DNA of 64,000 bases, from assembly GCA_964523645.1 (NCBI GenBank), contig CAZGAW010000005.1:2464-66463 (forward strand), written 5' to 3'. Position 1 is the first letter of the stretch; the number at the start of each line of letters is the position of its first letter. Under the pieces are notes generated by a model. That model worked only from the letters and a program-made list of their open reading frames with translations. It was not told the DNA's origin and did not search any database. Origin of the DNA: an uncultured bacterium (lineage in GTDB: Bacteria > Poribacteria > WGA-4E > WGA-3G). Below, piece by piece: positions 28,577 to 38,964 of this stretch. A program made the translations under genes and the position numbers.

Positions 28577-29992
28577 TTACCGGAAGATTGTTTCGCTGCT
28601 GAGGTGCGTCCGATATCGCCCTTTGAGCGGTTGACGTGGCGAAGTCTGCCACGCGAGATTCGCTAAATAACAGAGTGCATTCTCAATGAGGGGTCTTGCG
28701 ATCGTAGTACGATGGGCATCACGGGTATCAACTGCAAAAGCAACGTAATAGCCATCGCCCCATTGCAACTGAACACTGACAGCGTCCCCGTTATCCTCTC
28801 TGACTGCCAACTTTCGGTAACTTCCGTCCTTTGTCACCCAATGATCATCGGTTATCAGAGCGTCTACATTCACCTTATGGGGCCAGGTAAACATACCCGT
28901 TTTTTGCCCATCATCGGTAACCCGAACATTGCCATCATTGGAATTAATTACGCGGATTGGATGACGGTTAACCGGTAGCCAATCCCCACGCCACTGTGGC
29001 TCAGCTGTATGCACACCATCGGGCGGAACGATATTATTGTCCATTGCGGAAGCCCAGACAATACCACCTTTGCGAACAAAATCCTGAATCTCCTGATCTG
29101 CATCTTCAACGAAATACTCACCATCGTGTCCAGGGGCGTTCCAAGTAAACCAAATAATGTCATACTCTGAAAGCGTAATACTTGAAAGCTTAATCGCATT
29201 GTTGGGATCCCCGCGATTATCAGGGTTGTCATTAATATGTACAGTCGTAAACTGGAATTTTAACCCTTCAAGTAAAGTGAGGGACTCCAATATTGCAGGT
29301 TCACCCGTCATACTATCGCCAACAACAATTAACACTCGGAATACACCTAACGGCACAATTTTTATGGAAGAAATAATATCTGAGAATGACTGCGAATGCG
29401 GAAGTGCTCTGAGATTCCGGAGTGATAACTGAAATTCTTGTGAACTCAGGTTTAGGTTCAGCCGTCGTCCTTCAAAGTTAACGTGCTCGTAGAAGATAAC
29501 ATGACATCCACTAAACGGGAAACTCGGACCGCGCTGGATGCGGATCGACGAAACGGTATCATTCATGCCGATGTCGAACATCGAACTGACATCGCGCATG
29601 ACAACACTCCGTTGACCTGTATAATCTACATCCCGAAACACTTCGATAATAACAGGCACTGCTCCATATTCCGGTGGCGTCGGATGCGCTGATGGACTAA
29701 AACTAATAGACGTAATCGCGTCTCCAAAGTTGTAGGGAATGTCATGAATATTTGGATAGAATCCTGGAGCAAGCACCAACCGACGCCCCTTGTAACTGTC
29801 GTGCTCATGAAAGATGGCTTTGTAGTTCGGTGACGCATTAAACCCCGGTCCCTTGTAAATTTTAATCGAAGAGATGATATCTTGTGCACCAATCTCTCCA
29901 GTGTTTGGGATCGATTCAACCAGCGTAACCTTGCGTCCATGAAAATTTACATGTTCAAAGACTTCAACGACAAGCCTCGGCATGTTGGTCAT
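28577..29992 (-). CDS. Protein with three beta/gamma-crystallin-like domains and a C-terminal GATase1/ThuA-like domain (tentative)
   Basis: Three repeats of the pattern VEVFEHVNFHGRKVTL...SSIKI are present; the others read IEVFRDVDYTGQRSVV...SSIRI and VIFYEHVNFEGRRLNL...SSIKI. The start is set at MTNMPRL (29992), with AAGGAG 6 nt upstream. Confidence 0.7.
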   Translation of the reverse strand: MTNMPRLVVEVFEHVNFHGRKVTLVESIPNTGEIGAQDIISSIKIYKGPGFNASPNYKAIFHEHDSYKGRRLVLAPGFYPNIHDIPYNFGDAITSISFSPSAHPTPPEYGAVPVIIEVFRDVDYTGQRSVVMRDVSSMFDIGMNDTVSSIRIQRGPSFPFSGCHVIFYEHVNFEGRRLNLNLSSQEFQLSLRNLRALPHSQSFSDIISSIKIVPLGVFRVLIVVGDSMTGEPAILESLTLLEGLKFQFTTVHINDNPDNRGDPNNAIKLSSITLSEYDIIWFTWNAPGHDGEYFVEDADQEIQDFVRKGGIVWASAMDNNIVPPDGVHTAEPQWRGDWLPVNRHPIRVINSNDGNVRVTDDGQKTGMFTWPHKVNVDALITDDHWVTKDGSYRKLAVREDNGDAVSVQLQWGDGYYVAFAVDTRDAHRTTIARPLIENALCYLANLAWQTSPRQPLKGRYRTHLSSETIFR

Positions 29993-30311
29993 AACCCGCT
30001 CCTTGTTTTCAGGCGTAACTTCCAAATGAGATTGCAAGTTTAATTAAAATATCATTAGCAGAAGCAGTTTGTCAAGGGAAAACACCAAGAACTTTCTGCC
30101 AGTAATCTTAAGACGCAATTGAAAACTTCTCTATCTGGCGCAATTGGTCGCCTGAATACCTATACGATGCCTTTTTCACATTATAACGTAAATTCTTCTA
30201 TATGTCAAGATATGCTAATTTGCTTGCCAACTGTCATTATAATTTGAAGATCCCTATTTACATGACTCAGTAAGGTCATTCCTTTTACGGAATCATATTC
30301 CCTCATTTTTC

Positions 30312-30340
30312 TTGACTGTGTGGAAAAAATATGCTAAAGT
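30312..30340 (+). promoter_or_regulatory. Sigma70-like promoter
   Basis: TTGACT, a 17-nt spacer, then TAAAGT, sited about 50 nt upstream of the 30389 start. Confidence 0.4.
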
Positions 30341-30388
30341 CACACAAAGCCTTGAAGAGACTCACTGCGAATACAAGGTGGAGGAACC

Positions 30389-31264
30389 GTGATGTCTTAC
30401 AAAAGAGTGTTCCTAATTATTTTCATTACAATTGTCAGCATCGCGTTAGTCTATTTTCTCGTCCGAGTGGAGCAATCTGCGACGCAAGAAACGGCGGCAT
30501 TACATCCAGTCGCGCTTCCATATAATTGGATTGGGAGTATCACGAAAACGCAAATAGCCGAACCTTCTGGTATCACTTATCACCCGATTCGGCGGAGTCT
30601 ATTTCTTGCTGACGATTCAGGTAGTGTTCATGAAATGAGCATAGAGGGCAGACTCATTCAATCGAAAGGATTGAACGAGCTTGACATTGAAGGGATTACC
30701 GTGGACCCGAATACAGGTTTCCTCTACACCGCTGTAGAGGGCGACGAAACAATCCTGGAACTTGAACCCGAAAATCTCACTGTGCAAAGAGAATTCAGAA
30801 TCGGCAGAAGTTTTAAAGGTGAATTGCTCCTCAGAAAAGGGGGCATGGGAATTGAAGCGATCGCTTTTGTTCCAGATGCTTCACATCCAGAGGGCGGCAC
30901 TTTTTGGGTCGGTAATCAATCCTTCAGTCTCAAAGCAAAAGATGAACCGTCTGTCGTATGCGAAGTCGTTGTACCACTCCGCTCCACAACAGCGAAACGG
31001 GCAGATGGCACGATTATCAACGCCTACAAAATGAACTTCATTGACATTTCAGGGTTGGCTTACGACACCCAAGGCGATTTTCTGGTACTCATTAGTGATA
31101 CCACCAATCTTTTAGTTGAACTCAAACGGGAAGGCACAATTCTAAGCCACTATCTTTTACCCGGTGACGAACAGGAAGGGATTGTGTTAGATGGACTCGG
31201 CTATATGTACATCGCACAGGAGAACGGGAAAATTATTAAATTGGCGGATCGGCGACTCCGTTAA
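30389..31264 (+). CDS. SdiA-regulated/YjiK-like beta-propeller domain protein
   Basis: 291 aa with an N-terminal TM segment. Motifs EPSGITYHP, DIEGITVDP and GIEAIAF are typical of the SdiA-regulated family. Confidence 0.7.
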   Translation: MMSYKRVFLIIFITIVSIALVYFLVRVEQSATQETAALHPVALPYNWIGSITKTQIAEPSGITYHPIRRSLFLADDSGSVHEMSIEGRLIQSKGLNELDIEGITVDPNTGFLYTAVEGDETILELEPENLTVQREFRIGRSFKGELLLRKGGMGIEAIAFVPDASHPEGGTFWVGNQSFSLKAKDEPSVVCEVVVPLRSTTAKRADGTIINAYKMNFIDISGLAYDTQGDFLVLISDTTNLLVELKREGTILSHYLLPGDEQEGIVLDGLGYMYIAQENGKIIKLADRRLR

Positions 31265-31318
31265 ACAGAAACACCTCGGTTTTTTGATGTTTAGTTCACT
31301 ATCCTATTCGTCTATTTC

Positions 31319-31540
31319 CTAATCTTCGCCTTTTTTACCTTCAGAATCTTCAAGACGCAGTACAGTTACACCTGGTACCAAATCTAACACCAGATTGATA
31401 GACGCGTACTGCTCCGCTGTATGACCAGAATCCTCTCGCCACAGGAGCTGGACGTTTCCTTCGTCATAGAGAATCCCAGAGGCGAGACTCTTACCTTCCG
31501 CATTTTCTAAATGGAAATGTCTGCGACGTTTAGCATCCAT
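31319..31540 (-). CDS. Small hypothetical protein (73 aa)
   Basis: This is an ORF only. There is no clear Shine-Dalgarno and no recognisable motif. It sits directly downstream of the Mqn-family gene. Confidence 0.3.
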   Translation of the reverse strand: MDAKRRRHFHLENAEGKSLASGILYDEGNVQLLWREDSGHTAEQYASINLVLDLVPGVTVLRLEDSEGKKGED

Positions 31541-31588
31541 AATGTTCGTGAGTGTGGAAAAGTGATTAGGCGTAAGGACACATAAAAA

Positions 31589-32428
31589 CTATTCAAGCGT
31601 AACAAAGTCAGCATCCACGCGGTGTGGGATTATCCCTGCAGCGTTACCACGGTGGAGCAATTCCTGCACCCCTGCTCTACCCTTTTCACCGTAATCGAGT
31701 GTATAATCATTGACGTACATTCCGACAAATTTGTCTGCAAGTTCCGTCTCCATGTCGCGTGCGTAAGTCATTGCGTACTCTAATCCGCGATCTCGATGTT
31801 CGAGTGAATACCGAATGCTCTCTTTGAGCAATGTTGTTATTTTACGAATTTTCTCAATACCGAGGTTGCGACGGATTACATTAGCACCAAGAGGTAAGGG
31901 CAGTCCTGTTTCCTCATACCACCATTCACCCAAATCAATGACTTTATGAAGCCCTTCGCGTGCGTAGGTTAACTGTCCTTCATGGATAATAAGTCCGGCA
32001 TCTACCTCATCTTGTTGAACGGCATCTAATATCTTATCAAATGGACGGACATCTGCCTCAAAATCTGGTTGGAAGAGACTCAGTGTGAGATAGGCAGTTG
32101 TCATTTCGCCCGGAATAGCGATGCGTTTACCAGCAAGCGTGTCTATTGGTGCTTTGGAAACAACGAGGGGACCGTACTGATCGCCGATACTTGCCCCACA
32201 AGGCATAAGCGCGTAGTCCTTGGCAACATAAGCGTAAGCATGCACAGAGATTGCGGTAACTTCGAGTTCAGCAGCAAGTGCTCGCCGATTCAGGGTCTCA
32301 ATATCCTCGATAACATGGACAATCTCAAATGGTTCGGTTGGAATTAGCCCTTTAGCGAGGGCATAGAACATAAAAGCATCATCAGAATCTGGGCTGTGCC
32401 CGATCCGAATTTTTTCTGTCTGTGACAT
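31589..32428 (-). CDS. MqnA/MqnD/SBP-family protein (related to futalosine-pathway menaquinone biosynthesis)
   Basis: 279 aa. IRIGHSPDSDDAFMFYALAKG and the periplasmic-binding-like fold pattern are typical of this family. The exact step is not assignable. Confidence 0.8.
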   Translation of the reverse strand: MSQTEKIRIGHSPDSDDAFMFYALAKGLIPTEPFEIVHVIEDIETLNRRALAAELEVTAISVHAYAYVAKDYALMPCGASIGDQYGPLVVSKAPIDTLAGKRIAIPGEMTTAYLTLSLFQPDFEADVRPFDKILDAVQQDEVDAGLIIHEGQLTYAREGLHKVIDLGEWWYEETGLPLPLGANVIRRNLGIEKIRKITTLLKESIRYSLEHRDRGLEYAMTYARDMETELADKFVGMYVNDYTLDYGEKGRAGVQELLHRGNAAGIIPHRVDADFVTLE

Positions 32429-32575
32429 AGTATTCCTTTTCAGTATCTGATTGCGGTTTTTGTTCAGATAATGATATAATAAAGTTGATTAGATTGTTTA
32501 TACTAATTCTTGAGTTAAGACCCAGGCTAACAAACCGTACCCGCATCCAAAAATGTAGAATCCCATTAGAAACGT

Positions 32576-33517
32576 ATGCGTCTGCAAACAACACCTAAAT
32601 ATCTATATCTGACAGCAACCCCGCATGGACTCACAGAATTGGTGCACGCAGAATGCGTTGCGCTGACAGGTTCTGTGCCAAATATGGATGGCATAGCGCT
32701 TTCGGAAAAGTGCGTTGATGTGCGCCATGGTGCGTATCTGAAGAGTTGTAGCGAATTGCTTTTTGAAGCAAGCAGTCTTACTGAACTCCGTGAAAACATC
32801 AAGTCTATCGCTTTACACGCCGACGAATTTCGGGTGTCTGTTGTGAAAAAGCCTCGTAACCTGAAAATAAACTCAATGACGCTCGCACGAGACATCGGCA
32901 ATGTCATCGGTGGTAGTGCAAATCTAAATCAGCCACGGACAACCTTTCTAACAGTTGTCACGGGGGATAAGATATGGTTCGGACGACTCCTTTCCGAGTC
33001 CGATAGTGCATGGCTTGCGCATAACCAACGTCCTTATATGACATCAAGTTCGCTGCCAGCACGGCTTGCGCGTGTGCTCGTTAATTTGGTCGCATCCCCC
33101 GGGAATCGCCTACTGGACCCCTGCTGTGGTACCGGCACGGTTGTAATGTCTGCTGCACATAACGGTATTCACGCAATCGGTTACGATATCAACCCAAAGA
33201 TGGTCGGGGCAACAACGAAGAACCTTCAACATTTTGGACTCTCAGCAAACATAACACTCGGTGATGCGAGAGAAATTCATGGACAGTTTGATGCTATTGC
33301 AACAGACCTGCCCTACGGCATCAATCTCGTCAAAGATAGTTCTCAAGAAATAGAGATTTTGTCGAATTTACGGACATGTGCGCCGAAAGCTGCGTTCATT
33401 GATCTTCGAGACCTTAGTAAACCCTTAACGGATCTTGGTTACCAAATTGAAGTTGTTCTACCGGTACCAAAGTTGAGCATCGTAAGGCGCATTTTTATTA
33501 CCTCTGTGAGGGAATAG
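32576..33517 (+). CDS. SAM-dependent methyltransferase, Trm11/UPF0020-like (probable RNA guanine-N2 type)
   Basis: 313 aa with SAM motif I LLDPCCGTGTVVMSAA and motif IV ATDLPYG. The N-terminus is a THUMP-like region. Confidence 0.78.
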   Translation: MRLQTTPKYLYLTATPHGLTELVHAECVALTGSVPNMDGIALSEKCVDVRHGAYLKSCSELLFEASSLTELRENIKSIALHADEFRVSVVKKPRNLKINSMTLARDIGNVIGGSANLNQPRTTFLTVVTGDKIWFGRLLSESDSAWLAHNQRPYMTSSSLPARLARVLVNLVASPGNRLLDPCCGTGTVVMSAAHNGIHAIGYDINPKMVGATTKNLQHFGLSANITLGDAREIHGQFDAIATDLPYGINLVKDSSQEIEILSNLRTCAPKAAFIDLRDLSKPLTDLGYQIEVVLPVPKLSIVRRIFITSVRE

Positions 33518-33566
33518 CGGTTCTCCTATAGCGCAAGAAGCCTCGTGCTATAAAACTGGTTAAGAC

Positions 33567-34031
33567 TCAATAGTCCTCTGCATTTTCATAAAAATTAGTT
33601 TCTGGCAAGTACTCTTCCTCGTTTAATTCTTCCTCTTCGTGCACCTCGTATTCTTTCCGATTGAGGAGCGTGTCTATCTCATTTGGATTTTCAAGTCGGA
33701 ATTTACAAATCCATCCGTCGCCTTCTGGAAAACGGTTGAGGAGTTCAACATCGTCTTCAAGAGCTGCGTTGATTTCGTAAACCTCACCCGTTACAGGGGC
33801 ATAGATATAGAAATTCCTTCCATCGGATGTCTCAATACGTCCGATGATTTCGCCCTGTTCATATTCACCGAGAATCGGCAACTCTATAAAGATAATGCTG
33901 CTGTAAATTTCCTGAATCCGCTCGGTGATCCCGACATTACACGCTTTTGAACTGAGAAATTCAATCCATTCGTGTGTTGTTGTATACTTTATCTCAACGT
34001 TTTGCATCATGAATTTCCTCCCATTAGACAT
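33567..34031 (-). CDS. GcvH-like (glycine-cleavage H fold) protein lacking the lipoyl-lysine, with an acidic tail
   Basis: The H-protein pattern is present: THEWIE...VGITERIQE...IELP...IYAPVTGEV...NRFPEGDGWICKF. Where the canonical ESVKA should be, the sequence reads IETSDGRNF, with no Lys. Confidence 0.72.
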   Translation of the reverse strand: MSNGRKFMMQNVEIKYTTTHEWIEFLSSKACNVGITERIQEIYSSIIFIELPILGEYEQGEIIGRIETSDGRNFYIYAPVTGEVYEINAALEDDVELLNRFPEGDGWICKFRLENPNEIDTLLNRKEYEVHEEEELNEEEYLPETNFYENAEDY

Positions 34032-34052
34032 GATGGCACTATTACTTTACAA

Positions 34053-34080
34053 TTCCAAGCCCTTGAAGTTGTGCTTGGAA
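34053..34080 (-). terminator. Hairpin between the OMP gene and the gcvH-like gene (possible terminator or attenuator)
   Basis: TTCCAAGC, a 12-nt loop, then GCTTGGAA form a perfect 8-bp stem. On the minus strand only a weak T-rich tail follows. Confidence 0.3.
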
Positions 34081-34215
34081 GGGTTGAAGTGCATTTTGTC
34101 GAATCTGAATCTGAATAATCGGGTCTGGATCATATTTTATATCTATTACTTTTCCACCGGCGCGTTCTACTGTTCTATATTGATCAGACATACGGCACGA
34201 TTGCAGCCCAATTTG

Positions 34216-35328
34216 CTAAAAGGTTTGGCCAATTGAAAAGGCGTACACCGCTTTCCCTTGCACGATATGGATACGTTCTTCCTCTGCCACAACAGGTGTG
34301 AATTGCGGTGTATAAGCTGCATTGAAGATAACGCTTCCGAGTCTGAATCCGAGACCAAAGCTGAAGCCTTCTGCTTTCCAGAGCCGTTCTTCTGGTTCAA
34401 ACGCAGCCTCTTGCAAGAGAAACACCGATGTGTAACGCTTTTGTGTGTCTCTGAGATACCCAATTCTAATACCGATTCGGTAGCGATACCACGCTTCAAC
34501 ACCAATGTTGGCTCGAATACCATCGCTGAAGGGTGGATGTGCATCCAAACCGATACGTAAAGCGATATCGGAAATTTTTCGGTGGTATGCGATACCGGTT
34601 ACAATTGTGCGTTCCATTGTATCCGGAATAGACGGATCGGAAAAGGAAAGTCCATTACTCAAATTTCGGACGACAACACCAACCTGAATTGCTTCTCCAA
34701 TTTGCTGAATAACACCGACATTGTAAGCATATCCGTGTCCAAGGTCTTCGTTCCCATCAATCCCGATGACCTTAGAACGGAGCCATTTTGTATCAACACC
34801 TATAACAGTGCCACCGAATATATTTAACCCGTAACTAAGACCGATAGCGAGGTTATTTTCAGGAAAATTGTTAAGTGCTTTTCCAAGGTAATTGACTCGG
34901 CGAAATCCCCCATCCTGTCCAAAAGCGAGTGCTAATCCAAATGTGCCAAATTTTCCCAACGGAAATGCCCAATTTAAAGTTTCAGTGCCGGAAGCCTGTT
35001 GTTCATAGCGACTATAATCCTCATAATTAGCATTTAGGTTCGGTTTGGAAAGCAAGGCAATGGTGCGTGGAAAACGGGTCGCGTGAATAACGAATCGGTT
35101 TCCCTCTGTTGTGCTGATACCAGCAGGATTACTACCTAAAGCATTCGCACCGCGTGTTGCGCCGACAAAACTTCCGCCCATCCCATAATGTTCGGCACCG
35201 AGCAACTGTTTGAGGAATTCATCTGCCGATGCTCTTGTATTTGCAACCGAGACAGTGCTACTCAAAACAAAAAAGAGGAATATCAGACAGGGTAGGACAG
35301 TTGCGACACAATTTTTGCCGTATTTCAC
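34216..35328 (-). CDS. Outer-membrane beta-barrel protein (PorV/FadL-like, tentative)
   Basis: 370 aa with a signal peptide and alternating beta-strand pattern. The C-terminus ends in Phe (AFSIGQTF). The N-terminal part contains GMGGSFVGATRGANALGSNPAGI. Confidence 0.7.
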   Translation of the reverse strand: MKYGKNCVATVLPCLIFLFFVLSSTVSVANTRASADEFLKQLLGAEHYGMGGSFVGATRGANALGSNPAGISTTEGNRFVIHATRFPRTIALLSKPNLNANYEDYSRYEQQASGTETLNWAFPLGKFGTFGLALAFGQDGGFRRVNYLGKALNNFPENNLAIGLSYGLNIFGGTVIGVDTKWLRSKVIGIDGNEDLGHGYAYNVGVIQQIGEAIQVGVVVRNLSNGLSFSDPSIPDTMERTIVTGIAYHRKISDIALRIGLDAHPPFSDGIRANIGVEAWYRYRIGIRIGYLRDTQKRYTSVFLLQEAAFEPEERLWKAEGFSFGLGFRLGSVIFNAAYTPQFTPVVAEEERIHIVQGKAVYAFSIGQTF

Positions 35329-35416
35329 TTCTTTCTTACCTCACGCGAAAGAGGTGCGCTGTAGCGCGCCCTCTTTTATTTTAGAATATATACCATCGGG
35401 TGCGAACGAAACGCGG

Positions 35417-35809
35417 TCAAACGGAACAGAGCGTAACTTGTGCCACAGCATAGGTGTTTGTATGGGACATAGAAACAAAAGTTGAGCTGATATTGCGTTC
35501 CTGGGCATAGCGTTGAACTTCGCCGTGCAGAATCAATTCCGGTTTTCCGACTGTGTTCGCCTGAATTTCTACATCCTGCCAGCGCATACCGACAGTCAAC
35601 CCGGTACCGAGTGCCTTAAGCGTCGCTTCTTTAGCAGCAAACCGCGCCGCAAGCCGCCAGTAACGAGACGGAGTATCTCCACAATATGTGAGTTCTTGCT
35701 GTGTGTAAATCCGCTGTTCAAACCGCGCGCCCCATCGACGGGACGCATCTCGAATCCGTTCCACTTCAATAATATCAATGCCAATTCCCTGAATTTTTTG
35801 CTGGTGCAT
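35417..35809 (-). CDS. acpS: Holo-[acyl-carrier-protein] synthase
   Basis: 130 aa with GIGIDIIEVERI and FAAKEATLKALG. Confidence 0.92.
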   Translation of the reverse strand: MHQQKIQGIGIDIIEVERIRDASRRWGARFEQRIYTQQELTYCGDTPSRYWRLAARFAAKEATLKALGTGLTVGMRWQDVEIQANTVGKPELILHGEVQRYAQERNISSTFVSMSHTNTYAVAQVTLCSV

Positions 35810-35813
35810 CAGT

Positions 35814-36638
35814 TTATCTATAGAGCGCGTCCGTCATTTGTGCGGCACGAACGTTTGCTTTGACATCATGGACACGCACAATATCCGCACCATGTGCGAT
35901 AGACCAACACACTGTTGCCGTTGTTCCCTCAACGCGCTCCGTTACAGGAAGCCCTAAAATGTTACCGATAAATGATTTCCGTGAAGTACCAATAAGCAGC
36001 GGTTTGTGCAACCCTCGGAATTCCGAAAGGCATCTTAGAATTTCAAGGTTGTGTTCTATTGTTTTGCCGAACCCAATCCCTGGGTCGATAATGATGCGAT
36101 CAGCGGCAACACCTTGGGATTCGGCAGCTTCAATACTTTTTTGGAGTGAATTACAAATCTCGTTAACGACATCTTCATACTGAGGTGCTTGTTGCATCGT
36201 GCGCGGTGTACCTCTCATATGCATCAGAATCAGTCCCGCTTCCATTTCTGATACAACCGATGCCATCGCCTTGTCCCCGTGCAATGCTGTGATGTCATTG
36301 ACAAGATGTGCCCCCGCTTCAAGAGCGTGTTGAGCGACTTCAGCTTTATATGTGTCAACGGAAAGAAGGACATCAACGGCGTCACCAATGGCACGAATGA
36401 CGGGTAGGATTCGCGCCAATTCTTCACGGATAGACACTGGCGATGCTCCGGGGCGGGATGATTCTCCTCCAATATCAATGAGGGTCGCACCTTCTGCCAC
36501 CATCTGCTTAGCATGTGCAACCGCCTGATCGACATCAAGGTAACACCCGCCATCGGAAAAAGAGTCAGGTGTGACGTTCAGGATGCCCATTACATGTGTG
36601 TGTGAACCTAAAGTGAGCGTTTTGCCACGACAGTTCAT
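35814..36638 (-). CDS. folP: Dihydropteroate synthase
   Basis: 274 aa with GILNVTPDSFSDGG, DIGGESSRPG and IIDPGIGFGK. It overlaps the ftsH stop by 4 nt. Confidence 0.95.
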   Translation of the reverse strand: MNCRGKTLTLGSHTHVMGILNVTPDSFSDGGCYLDVDQAVAHAKQMVAEGATLIDIGGESSRPGASPVSIREELARILPVIRAIGDAVDVLLSVDTYKAEVAQHALEAGAHLVNDITALHGDKAMASVVSEMEAGLILMHMRGTPRTMQQAPQYEDVVNEICNSLQKSIEAAESQGVAADRIIIDPGIGFGKTIEHNLEILRCLSEFRGLHKPLLIGTSRKSFIGNILGLPVTERVEGTTATVCWSIAHGADIVRVHDVKANVRAAQMTDALYR

Positions 36639-38557
36639 ATAATCGGTTTCGCCGGTAGTTGCGGGCGGGGTCCGAGAATCTCGTCAATCTCCTCGGTAAC
36701 AAGCGTTTCCCGTTCTAAGAGTGCATCGGCGAGTAACTTTAAGCCTTCAAGGTTCGTTTCCAAAATCTCTCGTGCTTTATTATAGCATTCCGTTACAATA
36801 TCATGAACGGCTTTGTCGATTTCAATAGCAGTCTTTTCGCTATAATCCTGATGGACACTCAATTCTTTACCGAGGAATACCTGCTCATCGCGTCTACCGT
36901 AAGTCAGGGGTCCCATGTGGCTCATACCCCACTGGGTCACCATTCGACGTGCAAGGCTTGTTGCTTGCTCAAAATCGTTTTGTGCGCCGGTTGTCTGCTC
37001 CCCAAATATAATCTCTTCAGCAACCCTGCCGCCGAGTGCGAAAATGATATGCGCGAGCAGACGCTTCTTACTCATATTATGCCGTTCTTCAAGCGGGAGT
37101 TTCGCTGTTACACCGAGAGCTCTGCCGCGAGGAACGATAGTGCACTTATAGTTTGGATCACTTTCTGGTACGAAGTGTAACATAAGCGCATGTCCGGCTT
37201 CGTGATAAGCCGTAACGCGCCGTTCTTCATCGCTAATGACGAGGCTCCGCCGTTCTGGACCCATTAGCACGCGATCTTTCGCTTCGTCAAAGCACATCAT
37301 ATCGATTTCTTCTCTGTCGCACCTTGCAGCAAGCAGTGCGGCTTCGTTCGCCATATTCTCAAGGTCTGCGCCTGAGAAACCGGGTGTCGCCTTTGCTAAG
37401 ATTTCCAAATTAACGTTTTCAGCAAGTTTATACGGGGCTTTTGTATGTACCTTAAGTATTGCTTCCCTACCGCGAACATCGGGGAGATCGACCACAATTT
37501 GCCGGTCAAATCTACCGGGCCGAAGCAGTGCCGGATCTAAAACATCCGGACGGTTCGTTGCTGCAATGAGTATAACCCCTTCGGATGCCTCAAAACCTTG
37601 CATCTCAACAAGGAGTTGATTTAGTGTTTGCTCGCGTTCATCGTGTCCACCACCGATCCCCGCACCCCGGTGTCTACCAACAGCGTCCAATTCATCAATA
37701 AAGATGATACAAGGGGCATTCTTCTTACCGGTTTCAAACAGATCTCTGACCCGGGATGCACCTACACCGACAAACATTTCGACAAAATCGGAACCGCTGA
37801 TGCTATAGAAAGGGACATCCGCTTCACCTGCGACAGCCTGAGCGAGCATTGTTTTACCAGTCCCTGGGGGTCCCATGAGCAGGACACCTTTCGGAATTTT
37901 ACCACCAAGCCGTTCAAATTTTTTCGGTGCTTTTAGAAATTGGATAACTTCCTCAAGTGCTTCCTTCGCCTCATCAACACCCGCGACATCTTCAAATGTT
38001 ACTTTTGTTTGGTTCTCGGAATGGAGTCTGGCACGGCTTTTTCCAAAAGAGAGTGCTCGATTCCCGCTTCCTTGCATCTGGCGCGACAGGAAAATCATCA
38101 AACCTAAGAAAATGAGCAGCGGTACAACTGTTGTCCCGAAAATGAGCAATCCTTGTGGGAATTTAGAGGGCGGTTTGACGTTATAATTAATGTTGGACTG
38201 GTCAAGTTTCGCTTGGATGTCATAATCATCAATCGCATCGCGGCTTGCCCTAAATTCACCTTTCCAATTTGGCGGAAGATGGGCGGCTCGCTCGTCGGGG
38301 AGCACGCCTTGCAGAATTTCGCCGCGGATTTCCTTGAGAATGTGTGTGTTGAACTGTCCTTCAACCCATTCTTCATCTAAAACCAAATAGCCTTCAAATA
38401 GATCTGGGCCGCGCGTTATGTATTGATGAAAATCAGAGGTCGCGAGTTGATAAACTGGATCTCTGCGGTTGAATAGTTGATAAATGCCGAGGACGACAAG
38501 TCCAGCAACAACTACCCACCAAATCACCATGCTTCTTGTACTTTTATTCACAACCAA
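36635..38557 (-). CDS. ftsH: ATP-dependent zinc metalloprotease FtsH
   Basis: 640 aa with two N-terminal TM segments. AAA motifs: [17 protein letters not shown] and IIFIDELDA. The zinc site is HEAGHAL. Confidence 0.97.
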   Translation of the reverse strand: MVVNKSTRSMVIWWVVVAGLVVLGIYQLFNRRDPVYQLATSDFHQYITRGPDLFEGYLVLDEEWVEGQFNTHILKEIRGEILQGVLPDERAAHLPPNWKGEFRASRDAIDDYDIQAKLDQSNINYNVKPPSKFPQGLLIFGTTVVPLLIFLGLMIFLSRQMQGSGNRALSFGKSRARLHSENQTKVTFEDVAGVDEAKEALEEVIQFLKAPKKFERLGGKIPKGVLLMGPPGTGKTMLAQAVAGEADVPFYSISGSDFVEMFVGVGASRVRDLFETGKKNAPCIIFIDELDAVGRHRGAGIGGGHDEREQTLNQLLVEMQGFEASEGVILIAATNRPDVLDPALLRPGRFDRQIVVDLPDVRGREAILKVHTKAPYKLAENVNLEILAKATPGFSGADLENMANEAALLAARCDREEIDMMCFDEAKDRVLMGPERRSLVISDEERRVTAYHEAGHALMLHFVPESDPNYKCTIVPRGRALGVTAKLPLEERHNMSKKRLLAHIIFALGGRVAEEIIFGEQTTGAQNDFEQATSLARRMVTQWGMSHMGPLTYGRRDEQVFLGKELSVHQDYSEKTAIEIDKAVHDIVTECYNKAREILETNLEGLKLLADALLERETLVTEEIDEILGPRPQLPAKPII

Positions 38558-38839
38558 TTGCCTCTCTGTTAAAATCTGAGCGCTGACAAAAAATTGATTT
38601 CAAAACCTGTTTAAAAGTATAACAGGTTTTTTCCCAAATTTCAACTGAATTTAAAAAAATCATCTATTTATAAGCGATGGATTCGTTAGCACCAATTTTA
38701 ATTGGCATAAATAATTACATTTAAGGTATACTAATTAGAGTGAAGAAACCGAAAAATAGGTGCAACCAAACCTTTGGAATTCGCGTTGATGTGTTCCAAT
38801 ACGCTCCTACAGACAAAAAATAAGACGTAATTTGTTAAT

Positions 38840-38873
38840 TTAAGTAGATAAATAAATTAAGTAGATAAATAAA
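38840..38873. repeat. Perfect 17-bp tandem duplication in an AT-rich divergent intergenic region
   Basis: ttaagtagataaataaa occurs twice, at 38840-38856 and 38857-38873. Confidence 0.8.
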
Positions 38874-38964
38874 AAACGCTCACATAAAAAGTGATGGAAC
38901 ATGCCACTCAATCTAACCGTACATAAAATCCGATCCTGTAGGCTATCCTGGAAAGGAGAAGTTT

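Noticed and set aside
35341-35385. An imperfect hairpin containing GTAG (aagaggtgcgctgtagcgcgccctctt) as another REP copy or an acpS terminator
   Set aside because: The stem is interrupted, the sequence does not match either REP family, and the orientation of the T-run does not fit acpS. It is too weak to call.
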